20,934 nt of DNA from Arcobacter sp. (GCA_965662175.1 CBFIGT010000031.1:1-20934), one strand, 5' to 3'. Positions 8,032 through 16,995 are shown, counted from the stretch's first letter. Program-made: numbers and translations. The notes: a model not told the origin generated them from the sequence alone.

Positions 8032-9800
8032 TGGTAGAAGATAAAAAAGTTTTAGCCTTAAAGTACAGACCACGTAGGTTTGAAGATTTAGTAGGGCAGG
8101 GAACTGTTTCACAAACACTATCACTAGCACTTGATTCAAATAGATTATCCCATGCTTATTTGTTTTCAGGATTAAGAGGAAGTGGTAAAACATCAACTGC
8201 AAGAATTATGGCAAAAGCACTTTTATGCTCAAACGGCCCTACATCAAGACCTTGTGAGGTTTGTGAAAATTGTAAAAGTGCAAATACAAATAGACACCTT
8301 GATATTATTGAAATGGATGCAGCTTCAAATCGTGGTATTGATGATATAAAAGATTTAATTGAGCATACTAAATATAAACCAAGTAGTGCTAGATTTAAAG
8401 TCTTTATAATAGATGAGGTTCATATGCTTACAACTCAAGCATTTAATGCCTTATTAAAAACACTTGAAGAACCTCCTGGATTTGTAAAATTTATATTAGC
8501 AACCACTGACCCACTGAAACTTCCAGCAACAATTCTTTCTCGTACACAACACTTTAGATTTAAAAAAATCTCTTCAAAAGATGTAATTCATCATTTAACT
8601 CATATTTTAAATGAAGAGAAAGTAGAGTTTGAAACTGAAGCTTTAAATATTTTAAGTAGAAGTGGACAGGGAAGTTTAAGGGATACTTTAACTTTACTTG
8701 ACCAAGCTATAATTTTTGCTAAGGGTAAGGTTACTACAAGTGCTGTTGTAGATATGTTAGGGCTTATTGACCCTGAATTTTTAGATAAGATTTTTGATAC
8801 TATTTTATCAAGTGGAGATATTAATCAAATTATTGAATCTCTTGAAGAGTATGAGGCTGCTTCTGTTTGTGATGAAATGACAATTTATCTTAAAAATAAA
8901 ATGCTTTATGAAAAAGACCCAAAATTTAATATATTTTTATTTGATAGATTTTTTAGAATATTAGGTGATGCAAAACATCTTTTATCTTTAAATTCAGACT
9001 CAACTTTTGTGCTTATTTTAACTCTATCTAAGATGATTGAAGCAACTAATTTAAAAACAATTGATGAATTAATTGATGAGGTTCAATCAAGTGAAATAAG
9101 TGAAACAAGTAAAGCTCACCATGCTAAAATGACAAGTGCTATTAATTCTCAAGTTGTAGTTGAACATGCAAAAGAGGAGATTAAATCACATTCTTTAGAG
9201 CAGGCAAAAGAGCAGATTGTAAATGAAGAGCCTGTTTCTGTTGTAGTGCCAACTCCTGAGCCTATAATAGAAAAAAAAGTTGATAAAAGTGTAGAGCTTT
9301 ATAGTGAATTAACAAAAAAAGTTTATGAACGAAATTATGATTTAGGATTATGTTTTGAGAAAAACTTTATTTTTAATGGTTTTAAAGATAATATTTTAAA
9401 TATTATCTCTTATGCAAAAGATGATGATAGAAAATTTTTATTTAAATATTTTGGAATTATAAAAACATTTGCAAGGGATGTTTTTGGAGTTAATATTGAA
9501 TTAGAGTTTTCAAAGGCTGAAGAAAAAGTAGAAGAGAAAGCTATTGTTGAAGCAATAGAAGAAAAAAAAAACTATGAAGATGATGTAAATTTAGATATTG
9601 AAGAAGAAAATTTAGAGTTTGGTTCTATGCTTGAAGATATTGAGATGGGTGGTGGATGTGTAGCTGATATGCATAATAATAAAGAAGCTAAACCCTCACA
9701 AAGAGAACTTCAAATGGAAGATATTTTAAATTCTCCTATGCTAAATAAGGCAAAAGAGCTTTTCGATGTGAAGAAAATAACAGTAAAAACAAAAATTTAA
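8031..9800 (+). CDS. dnaX: DNA polymerase III subunit gamma/tau (start revised to 8031)
   Basis: LALKYRP, GLRGSGKT, CSNG..PCEVCENC zinc module, EMDAASNRG, IIDEVHML, GSLRD. AGGAG RBS at 8016-8020 and TAATG overlap with the murI stop. Confidence 0.96.
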   Translation: MVEDKKVLALKYRPRRFEDLVGQGTVSQTLSLALDSNRLSHAYLFSGLRGSGKTSTARIMAKALLCSNGPTSRPCEVCENCKSANTNRHLDIIEMDAASNRGIDDIKDLIEHTKYKPSSARFKVFIIDEVHMLTTQAFNALLKTLEEPPGFVKFILATTDPLKLPATILSRTQHFRFKKISSKDVIHHLTHILNEEKVEFETEALNILSRSGQGSLRDTLTLLDQAIIFAKGKVTTSAVVDMLGLIDPEFLDKIFDTILSSGDINQIIESLEEYEAASVCDEMTIYLKNKMLYEKDPKFNIFLFDRFFRILGDAKHLLSLNSDSTFVLILTLSKMIEATNLKTIDELIDEVQSSEISETSKAHHAKMTSAINSQVVVEHAKEEIKSHSLEQAKEQIVNEEPVSVVVPTPEPIIEKKVDKSVELYSELTKKVYERNYDLGLCFEKNFIFNGFKDNILNIISYAKDDDRKFLFKYFGIIKTFARDVFGVNIELEFSKAEEKVEEKAIVEAIEEKKNYEDDVNLDIEEENLEFGSMLEDIEMGGGCVADMHNNKEAKPSQRELQMEDILNSPMLNKAKELFDVKKITVKTKI

Positions 9801-9811
9801 TAGGAGAAAAA

Positions 9812-10651
9812 GTGATAAAAACTATAAGTCTTGCAACTTTACTTTTAACATCAACAATAGCATTAAATGCAAATAATATTGATGAAAGTATAATTGATTA
9901 TGAAAAGAATAAGTTTTCAAACAATAGTAGAGTTGAAATAAAAAATATAGAGATTAATACAAAAGTAAAAGTACCAGTTGAAAATTGGTATGGTTATATT
10001 ATTGATATAAGTGCAATTGTTCAAAATAAAAATATCAAAGGTAAAGATATAATCTTTTCAAATGGTACAGTTGTTTCTCCTGATTTGATTGATTTAAAAA
10101 CAGGAAAGTCCTTAAGAGCTTTATTACAACCAAAATTAACTGATATTTATTATAATAAAAAACATTTAATAGCAGGTAATGAAAATGCTAAAGATAAGAT
10201 TGTGATTTTTTCAGACCCTTTATGTCCATTTTGTATAGATTATGTTCCTGAGGTTATAAAACATGTTAATAAAAATAGAGACTCTATAGCACTTTATTAT
10301 TATCATTTTCCCTTATTAAAACTTCATCCAGCTGCTAATACTTTAACAAAACTAATGGAAATAGGAAAAGAAAAAGGTATTGAAAATATTGAATTAAAAG
10401 TCTATGGAACAGATTGGGAAGAGTATTTTAAAAGTGATTCAAATGATGAAAAACTAATTTTAAAAACATTTAATAAACTGTTTAAACTTGAGATTACTCT
10501 TGAAGAGCTTAATTCAGAAAAAGTTACAAAGGTTTTAGAAGATGATATCTCTATGGGAGATGATTTATTAGTAAAAGGTACACCTACAATTTTTATAAAT
10601 GGTGAAAAAGATAACACAAGATTAAAATATGAGAGTTTAGGAAATAATTAA
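9812..10651 (+). CDS. Exported DsbA/DsbG-like thiol-disulfide oxidoreductase (GTG start)
   Basis: Signal peptide ending in A-N-A-like ALNA, FSDPLCPFC, HFPL, cis-Pro motif VKGTPTIFING; AGGAG RBS. Confidence 0.85.
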   Translation: MIKTISLATLLLTSTIALNANNIDESIIDYEKNKFSNNSRVEIKNIEINTKVKVPVENWYGYIIDISAIVQNKNIKGKDIIFSNGTVVSPDLIDLKTGKSLRALLQPKLTDIYYNKKHLIAGNENAKDKIVIFSDPLCPFCIDYVPEVIKHVNKNRDSIALYYYHFPLLKLHPAANTLTKLMEIGKEKGIENIELKVYGTDWEEYFKSDSNDEKLILKTFNKLFKLEITLEELNSEKVTKVLEDDISMGDDLLVKGTPTIFINGEKDNTRLKYESLGNN

Positions 10652-11589
10652 TGAAAAAATTAGTAATAGCAACAAGAAAAAGTCAATTGGCACTTTGGCA
10701 AAGTGAATATATTAAAGCTGAGTTAAAAAAATTCTATCCAAAAATGGAAATAGTTCTTGAAGAGTTTTCAACTAAAGGAGATAAAATATTAGATGTTCCT
10801 TTAGCAAAAATAGGAGGAAAGGGTCTTTTTACAAAAGAGCTTGAAGTTGCTATGTTAGAGGGTGTTGCTCACTTAGCTGTACATAGCTTAAAAGATGTTC
10901 CTACACAGTTTGAAGATGGTTTACAGCTTGCTGCTGTTTCTAAAAGATTTGATGCAAGGGATGCTTTTTTAAGTGATAAATATAAAAACCTAAAAGATTT
11001 ACCTGAGGGTGCTGTTATAGGTACTACTAGTTTAAGAAGAAGAATGGAGCTTAAAATTTTAAGACCTGATATTAAACTAAAAGATTTAAGAGGTAATATT
11101 AATACTAGAATTGCAAAACTAAAAGCTGGTGAATATGATGCAATTATTTTAGCAGCAACAGGTGTTCAAAAGTTAGGAATTGAGGGAGAGGTTAAGTATT
11201 TTAAACCTATGTCTATAGATGATATGATTCCATCTATGGGACAAGCAATTTTAGGAATAGAGACTACAAATGATAAGAGAATTATAGATATTGTTTCTGT
11301 TTTAAATGATGATAATGCTTTTATTGAAGCAACAATTGAGAGGAATTTTGTTGATACTTTACAAGGTGGTTGTCAAGTTCCTATTGGAATTAAAGCCACA
11401 ATTACAGATGAAAACTCTATTAGAGTTCAAGCAATTGTAGGAATGCCTGATGGTAGTGAATATATTGAAGAGGATATTACAGCTGATATTGATGATTATG
11501 AAACTATAGGTCAGAGTTTGGCTCAAGAGTTTATTGACCAAGGTGCTAAAGAGTTACTTGAAAGAGCTGAAAAAGTAGCTTTTAAATAA
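10651..11589 (+). CDS. hemC: Hydroxymethylbilane synthase (porphobilinogen deaminase)
   Basis: ATRKSQLALWQ, GGKGLFTKELE, AVHSLKDVP, GTTSLRR, LRGNINTRI, GGCQVPIG. Confidence 0.98.
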   Translation: MKKLVIATRKSQLALWQSEYIKAELKKFYPKMEIVLEEFSTKGDKILDVPLAKIGGKGLFTKELEVAMLEGVAHLAVHSLKDVPTQFEDGLQLAAVSKRFDARDAFLSDKYKNLKDLPEGAVIGTTSLRRRMELKILRPDIKLKDLRGNINTRIAKLKAGEYDAIILAATGVQKLGIEGEVKYFKPMSIDDMIPSMGQAILGIETTNDKRIIDIVSVLNDDNAFIEATIERNFVDTLQGGCQVPIGIKATITDENSIRVQAIVGMPDGSEYIEEDITADIDDYETIGQSLAQEFIDQGAKELLERAEKVAFK

Positions 11590-11610
11590 ATTTAAAAAAA
11601 GGGGAATAAA

Positions 11611-12153
11611 ATGAGAATAAATGTTGAAGATAGTTTATTTTGTTTAGTTGATGTTCAAGAAAGACTTTATCCGTATATGACAAATAAAGATGAGACTGAA
11701 AAAAATCTTTTAACTTTGGTAAAAGGTTTAAAACTTCATAAAGTTCCATTTATTGTAAATGAACAATATAAAAAAGGTATTGGTGAAACTATTCCAAGTT
11801 TAAGAGAGTTAGTTGATTCTTATCCACATTTTGAAAAGACTACTTTCTCTTGTTATAAAAATGATGAAACAATTGATGCAATTAAATCATTAAATAAAAA
11901 AAATGTAATAGTTGCTGGAATTGAAACTCATGTTTGTGTTTTACAAACTTGTATTGATTTACTTGAAGATGGATTTAATGTGGTTTTAGTAACTGATTGT
12001 TGTACTTCAAGAAAACAAAAAGATACAGATATGGCAATAACAAGATTAGTTCAAGCGGGAGTTATTCCAACTACTTATGAATCACTTCTATTTGAGTTAA
12101 CAGTAAATGCTAAACATCCTAATTTTAAAGGAATTTCTAGTTTAGTAAAATAG
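11611..12153 (+). CDS. Isochorismatase-family cysteine hydrolase
   Basis: LVDVQERL, EQYKKGIGET, EKTTFS, GIETHVCVLQT (Asp-Lys-Cys triad). Confidence 0.9.
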   Translation: MRINVEDSLFCLVDVQERLYPYMTNKDETEKNLLTLVKGLKLHKVPFIVNEQYKKGIGETIPSLRELVDSYPHFEKTTFSCYKNDETIDAIKSLNKKNVIVAGIETHVCVLQTCIDLLEDGFNVVLVTDCCTSRKQKDTDMAITRLVQAGVIPTTYESLLFELTVNAKHPNFKGISSLVK

Positions 12154-12169
12154 ACTAGATAAAATATTT

Positions 12170-12553
12170 ATGAAAAAGATTTTATTATTATGCTTATTTG
12201 TTAGTTTTTTATTTAGCTCTTCCATAAAAGAGCTAAGTAATATGGATGAAATAGAAGAGAATAGGCTTACTTTTTTGATGTTTAGTACCTCATACTGTCC
12301 ATGGTGTGTTAGACAAACTAATACTTTAGAAAAAATTCAAAAAAAAAGAGAAGAGATACAAATTTTTAAAGTAAAAGATGATAGTAAAATCTATAAAGAA
12401 CTATTAGAAAAATATCCTTTTGTAATAGAGTTTTATCCAACTTCATATTTAGTTAATAAAAACAATGGAGAGCTTGAAATAAACTATGAGTTTCAAGGCT
12501 ATCAAAAAGAGAAAAATATTTTGGAAGTTATTGATAATAAAGATAACTACTAA
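12170..12553 (+). CDS. Small exported thioredoxin-fold protein (CPWC)
   Basis: Signal peptide, FSTSYCPWC, cis-Pro motif FYPT. Confidence 0.8.
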   Translation: MKKILLLCLFVSFLFSSSIKELSNMDEIEENRLTFLMFSTSYCPWCVRQTNTLEKIQKKREEIQIFKVKDDSKIYKELLEKYPFVIEFYPTSYLVNKNNGELEINYEFQGYQKEKNILEVIDNKDNY

Positions 12554-12562
12554 ATATCTTTA

Positions 12563-13213
12563 TTACCAATTTATCTCTTTTTTACCCAAAGATTTTAATA
12601 TTTCATTTGTTTTAGAAAAGTGTTTACAGCCAAAAAATCCCCTATAAGATGAGAGTGGACTTGGATGAGGTGCTGTTAAAATATGATGTTTATGCTCATC
12701 AATTAGCTTTACTTTTTTAATAGCAGGTGCTCCCCAAAGTATAAATATAATATCTTCACAATTTTTTGATATATATTTGATTATATTATCTGTAAATATT
12801 TCCCAACCTAATTTATGGTGAGATTTTGGTTTTCCTTCTTCTACTGTTAATATGGTATTTAAAAGTAAAACTCCATCTTCTGCCCAAGGAGTTAAATCTC
12901 CATCTAAACAGCTTGAATCTTTAGTTAAATCATCTTTGATTTCTTTTAAAATATTTACCATAGAGGGTGGATTTTTAATCTCTTTTGGAGTTGAAAAAGC
13001 TAAACCTTGGGCTTGGCCAAATCCATGATAAGGATCTTGTCCTAAAATTACTACTTTTAGATTATTTATTGGAGTTTTAAAAAAAGCAGTGAAAATCTTA
13101 TCTTTTGGAGGAAAGATAGTAGCTTTTTCATATCTACTATCAATCTCTTTTATTAAACTTTTGTAGTAATCTTTTTTTTTCTCTTCTTCAATTAGCTCTT
13201 CCCAGCTTTTCAT
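12563..13213 (-). CDS. ung: Uracil-DNA glycosylase family 1
   Basis: VVILGQDPYH, GLAFS, PPSMVNI, GVLLLN, FILWG, HPSPLS. Confidence 0.97.
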   Translation of the reverse strand: MKSWEELIEEEKKKDYYKSLIKEIDSRYEKATIFPPKDKIFTAFFKTPINNLKVVILGQDPYHGFGQAQGLAFSTPKEIKNPPSMVNILKEIKDDLTKDSSCLDGDLTPWAEDGVLLLNTILTVEEGKPKSHHKLGWEIFTDNIIKYISKNCEDIIFILWGAPAIKKVKLIDEHKHHILTAPHPSPLSSYRGFFGCKHFSKTNEILKSLGKKEINW

Positions 13214-13216
13214 TTT

Positions 13217-15127
13217 TTAAAAACTCTCCCATTCATCATCATCTGTATTGGCTGTAAATGTTTTTTTAGGAGTCTCTATTTTCTCATTTTTCTCTACTTT
13301 TTCAATTTTTCCTACTTTTGTAGAGGCTTCTTTTTTAATAGAAGAGTTTGAAACAAGTGTTTTTTTAGGTGCATGATATTGCTCTTTTGGTTTTACAACA
13401 CTTGTGCCAATATCTAAAACTTCAGCTTTTATATCATCTTTACCATCAAATTTTTTCTCATTTGCATTTTTTAGAATAATTTTTGCAATTGTTTCAGTTT
13501 GTACTGCAATTTCATTTGTTTGTGTGGCAACTGAAGCATTCTCTTGTGTTTTTTTATCTAAGGCATTAATAGTGTCATTGATTTGAATAATACCAATCTC
13601 TTGCTCTTTACTCTCAGTTGTAACCTCAGAGATAAGCTGAATAGTTTCTGTAACTTTTGTATTTAAACCTGTATAGCCACTAATCATATTATCAGCAATA
13701 TTTTTCCCCTCATTGGCTTTTGTTGTGGCATTTTGAACTAAGTTTTTAATCTCTTTAGCAGCCTCAGCACTTCTTGAAGCTAGATTTCTAACCTCTTGGG
13801 CAACTACAGCGAAACCTTTTCCAGCTTCACCTGCTGTTGCTGCTTCAACTGCTGCATTTAAGCTTAGAATATTTGTTTGGAATGCTATTTGATCAATTAC
13901 TGTAATAGCTTCATTAATAGCATTAACTTGATTATCAATCTCTTCCATAGCTTGTGTAGTTTTAGAGGCTAGTGTTTCTCCCTCTTTTGCTGAACTATTT
14001 AGCTCTTGTGCTAAAGTTGACATTCTATGAATTTTATTACTGCTTGATTTGATAATTGATGTTATTTCATCAACAGCTGCTGCTGTTTCTTCTAAAGATG
14101 CAGCTGCAAAATTTGATGATTTATTTAAATTGTTAACATTAGCTGAAAGGGTTGAAGCAAAGTTTTGTAGAGTTAGACCATTCTTTTTATCTTCCGATAA
14201 AATTTGTGTAATACCCATAGCAACTCTATTTAAGTTTTCAGCCATTTCACCTTTTGCATTTACTTTTGAGGTGAAGTCATAATTTGTATAATCATTTAGT
14301 GCTTTTAAAATCGGATTAATATTTGATGAAATTTTATTTTCTAAGTGGTCCATCATACTATTAATAATATCTTTCAAAGCTTGAATATTTTCATCAGTAG
14401 TATTAGCATTAACTCTTTGTGTTAAATCACCTTTGCTAACGCTATTTGCTATATTAATTGTATTATCAATAACCTCTTTATTGTTTTTATTAATCTCTTG
14501 TAATTTTACTAAATTCTCTTCTGATTCTATTTGTAGTTTATTTGCTTTTAAATATTGTGAAACAGATGAATAAATTGCAATTGTAATAATTACAACTTCA
14601 GCTGCAAATAATATAATATGTAAAAAAGCAATTCCCCAGCTACAACCATTTGCAAAAGCTAAAACTTCAGTACCCATTAGTGTGAAGTTATTTAATTGCA
14701 TATATGTAAAAAGAAGATGATATACAGCTGCTACTACAGTTGCTGAAAGTATTGCTGTTATATCTTTATATCTAATAAGAGCGGCAACAAGAATAAAAAA
14801 TCCAAAGTGAAACTCAATCATACCCATTTGTTGTGTAATTATAATAGCTGGATAAATCATTAAAACCATACCAAAGATTATTCTTGATATAAAAGTTCCT
14901 TTGAAAAACATATAAGCTAAAAAAGATACACCTAATAAAATACCTCCACCTATGATACCTAAGGTAAAAGTTTTATAAGTAATAGATGTCAAACCAGCTA
15001 CAACTATAAAATTGATTATAGATATTATAAGCATATTTTTATCAGCTGATATAAAATCCTCATGAAATCTTTCTTTGATTTTTGGTGACATATTTTTATT
15101 TAAAGTTGGAAATAATAACTCTAACAT
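13217..15127 (-). CDS. Methyl-accepting chemotaxis protein with ~6-TM N-terminal sensor and C-terminal pentapeptide
   Basis: Signalling hairpin [47 protein letters not shown]-like GDLTQRV; six hydrophobic segments in aa 32-186; ends EWESF. Confidence 0.95.
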   Translation of the reverse strand: MLELLFPTLNKNMSPKIKERFHEDFISADKNMLIISIINFIVVAGLTSITYKTFTLGIIGGGILLGVSFLAYMFFKGTFISRIIFGMVLMIYPAIIITQQMGMIEFHFGFFILVAALIRYKDITAILSATVVAAVYHLLFTYMQLNNFTLMGTEVLAFANGCSWGIAFLHIILFAAEVVIITIAIYSSVSQYLKANKLQIESEENLVKLQEINKNNKEVIDNTINIANSVSKGDLTQRVNANTTDENIQALKDIINSMMDHLENKISSNINPILKALNDYTNYDFTSKVNAKGEMAENLNRVAMGITQILSEDKKNGLTLQNFASTLSANVNNLNKSSNFAAASLEETAAAVDEITSIIKSSSNKIHRMSTLAQELNSSAKEGETLASKTTQAMEEIDNQVNAINEAITVIDQIAFQTNILSLNAAVEAATAGEAGKGFAVVAQEVRNLASRSAEAAKEIKNLVQNATTKANEGKNIADNMISGYTGLNTKVTETIQLISEVTTESKEQEIGIIQINDTINALDKKTQENASVATQTNEIAVQTETIAKIILKNANEKKFDGKDDIKAEVLDIGTSVVKPKEQYHAPKKTLVSNSSIKKEASTKVGKIEKVEKNEKIETPKKTFTANTDDDEWESF

Positions 15128-15697
15128 TTATTTTCCTTTTTCGATTTTATTTAACTCATTTGCAATTAAATCTATTGCAAAAGGTTTTGTAGTATAAATA
15201 TATTTTTGGACAAAAAGATTATTTTCTTTTTCCAAGAAATATAAGAATCCCGAATGTTCAATATCGTTCTTATCAAACAAAGCTTTGGCATATTTTACAT
15301 TAAGTTTACTTATAGTTTTGGTTATGTTTTCCTTATCTAAATAAACTCCTTTAAAATCTGGGTGAAAGACTTTTACAAAAAGTTCTACATTTTCAGGGGG
15401 CGTATCTTCTTGAAGATTTACAAAATAAAAGCTAAATTTTGTTTTATCTAATTTTTCATAAATTTCACTTATTTCATTAAGTGCCGGAGGACAGATTGTT
15501 GTACAGCCCACAAAACCAAAATATAAAAGAACATAATTTTTTTCTTCCTTTTGCAAAAAGTCAAAATTTGTAATAATCTCTTTTTCAATTTTTCCAGCTT
15601 TATTTTCAGAATAAATACTTGGTATACTTATTATAAAAAGCGTTGAAAAAGTTATTAATATTAGTAAAGAACCAAAAATTAATTTATTTTTTGACAA
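15128..15697 (-). CDS. SCO1/SenC-family copper-binding protein (TTG start)
   Basis: N-terminal membrane anchor, YFGFVGCTTICP (CxxxC, C65/C69), conserved His in IEHSG (H148). Confidence 0.88.
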   Translation of the reverse strand: MSKNKLIFGSLLILITFSTLFIISIPSIYSENKAGKIEKEIITNFDFLQKEEKNYVLLYFGFVGCTTICPPALNEISEIYEKLDKTKFSFYFVNLQEDTPPENVELFVKVFHPDFKGVYLDKENITKTISKLNVKYAKALFDKNDIEHSGFLYFLEKENNLFVQKYIYTTKPFAIDLIANELNKIEKGK

Positions 15698-15725
15698 AAA
15701 GAATCCTAGTAATTGTTTAAAAAAG

Positions 15726-15731
15726 AGTATA
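15726..15731 (-). promoter_or_regulatory. Possible -10 box (TATACT) for the SCO-MCP-ung unit
   Basis: TATACT 28 nt upstream of the SCO start, downstream of the prpF hairpin. Confidence 0.4.
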
Positions 15732-15767
15732 GTAAAGTTTATTAAAAAAGAGTTAGAGGAAATTATT

Positions 15768-15797
15768 AATAAAGGTCTTAAAAATAAGACCTCTATT
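15768..15797 (-). terminator. Hairpin after prpF, probable terminator
   Basis: Minus strand AATAGAGGTCTTA-TTTT-TAAGACCTTTATT, a 13-bp stem with one G-U pair. Confidence 0.65.
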
Positions 15798-15819
15798 TAT
15801 TTGTAGATAGGAGATAAAA

Positions 15820-16995
15820 TTAATCCATAGTTCCAGCTGGAACGTGAACATTACCTTCCATAATAATTCTAGCACTTCTACTCATTGTAGCTTTATCAAC
15901 GATAAATTTACCATCATTATTTTGAATAACCGCACCAACTTTTAATGTTCCTGATGGATGACCAAACTCAACAGCAGTTTTTTCACCACCGCCTGCAGCT
16001 ATATTTACTAAAGTTCCAGGAATACAAGCAGCAACACCAATAGCAACTGAAGCTGTTCCCATCATCGCATGGTGTAGTTTTTGCATTGATAAAGCACGTA
16101 CATGTAAATCAATCTCAGAGGCTTTTACCTCTTTTCCACTTGAAGTTGTAAAATCACTTGGAGGAGCAACAAATGCAATTTTTGGTGTATGTTGTCTTGT
16201 CTCAGCCTCTTTTAAATCAGAGATTAGTCCCATTTTTAATGCAGCATAAGATCTAATTGTTTCAAATCTAGCTAAGGCTTCAGTATCACTATTGATATCA
16301 ACTTGAAGTTCAGTTCCTTTGTATCCAATATCACTTGCATTTACAAAACAAGTAGGAATTCCTGCTGTTATCATAGTAGCTTTAAATGTACCAATTCCAG
16401 GAACCTCTAAATCATCTACTAAGTTTCCTGTAGGAAATAGCTCTTCACTTGGATCAACAGGCTCAGCAAACTCTAAAACAATCTCTTCAGCTGGAAATGC
16501 AACACCATCAATATAATAATCACCCATCTCTTTTACTATTCCATTTTCCATAGTCACATAACAGAAAATAGTTTTTTTGATATTTGCTTGCCAAATTCTT
16601 ACACAACATACACCATTTTCAGGAACATTATCAACTAATCCCTCTTTTATAGCAAAAGGACCAACAGCTGAACTTAAGTTTCCACAGTTTCCACTCATAT
16701 CAACAAAATCTTTATCAATTGCAACTTGGCAAAAGTAATAATCTACATCATGATTTGGAACATCTGATTTTCCTACTAAAATAGCTTTAGAAGTACTTGA
16801 AGTAGCTCCTCCCATACCATCCATTTGTTGTTTATAAATATCAGGGCTTCCTACTATTCTTTGAAGTAGTTTATCTCTTTTTCTTGGATCTTCTTGAGCC
16901 TCTTTTGGTAAATCAGCAATATTAAAGAAAGTACCTTTTGAAGTACCACCTCTCATATATGTAGCTTTTACTTTAAATTGTGGTTGATAAGACAT
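15820..16995 (-). CDS. prpF: 2-methylaconitate cis-trans isomerase PrpF
   Basis: MRGGTSKG, DGMGGATSSTSK, GNCGNLSSAVGPFAI, LHHAMMGT, FGHPSG, MSRSARIIMEG; follows acnD. Confidence 0.96.
   Translation of the reverse strand: MSYQPQFKVKATYMRGGTSKGTFFNIADLPKEAQEDPRKRDKLLQRIVGSPDIYKQQMDGMGGATSSTSKAILVGKSDVPNHDVDYYFCQVAIDKDFVDMSGNCGNLSSAVGPFAIKEGLVDNVPENGVCCVRIWQANIKKTIFCYVTMENGIVKEMGDYYIDGVAFPAEEIVLEFAEPVDPSEELFPTGNLVDDLEVPGIGTFKATMITAGIPTCFVNASDIGYKGTELQVDINSDTEALARFETIRSYAALKMGLISDLKEAETRQHTPKIAFVAPPSDFTTSSGKEVKASEIDLHVRALSMQKLHHAMMGTASVAIGVAACIPGTLVNIAAGGGEKTAVEFGHPSGTLKVGAVIQNNDGKFIVDKATMSRSARIIMEGNVHVPAGTMD

Noticed and set aside
10402..11541. Antisense ORFs of 71 and 60 aa
   Set aside because: They lie within the DsbA-like gene and hemC; shadow frames.
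12339..13180. A9 and T9 homopolymers as phase-variation sites
   Set aside because: They are Lys-codon runs expected in AT-rich DNA. Frames are intact and no long G/C tracts are present.
13404..14282. Plus-strand ORFs of 60 and 77 aa
   Set aside because: Antisense shadows of the MCP.
16729..16731. PrpF YFCQV instead of the more familiar FGQV
   Set aside because: The position tolerates small residues in the family as I recall it, and the catalytic motifs are intact.
13217..16995. The MCP as a propionate receptor co-transcribed with the prp genes
   Set aside because: A terminator-like hairpin and a separate -10 box lie between prpF and SCO, and there is no Cache-type carboxylate sensor. Adjacency is the only support.
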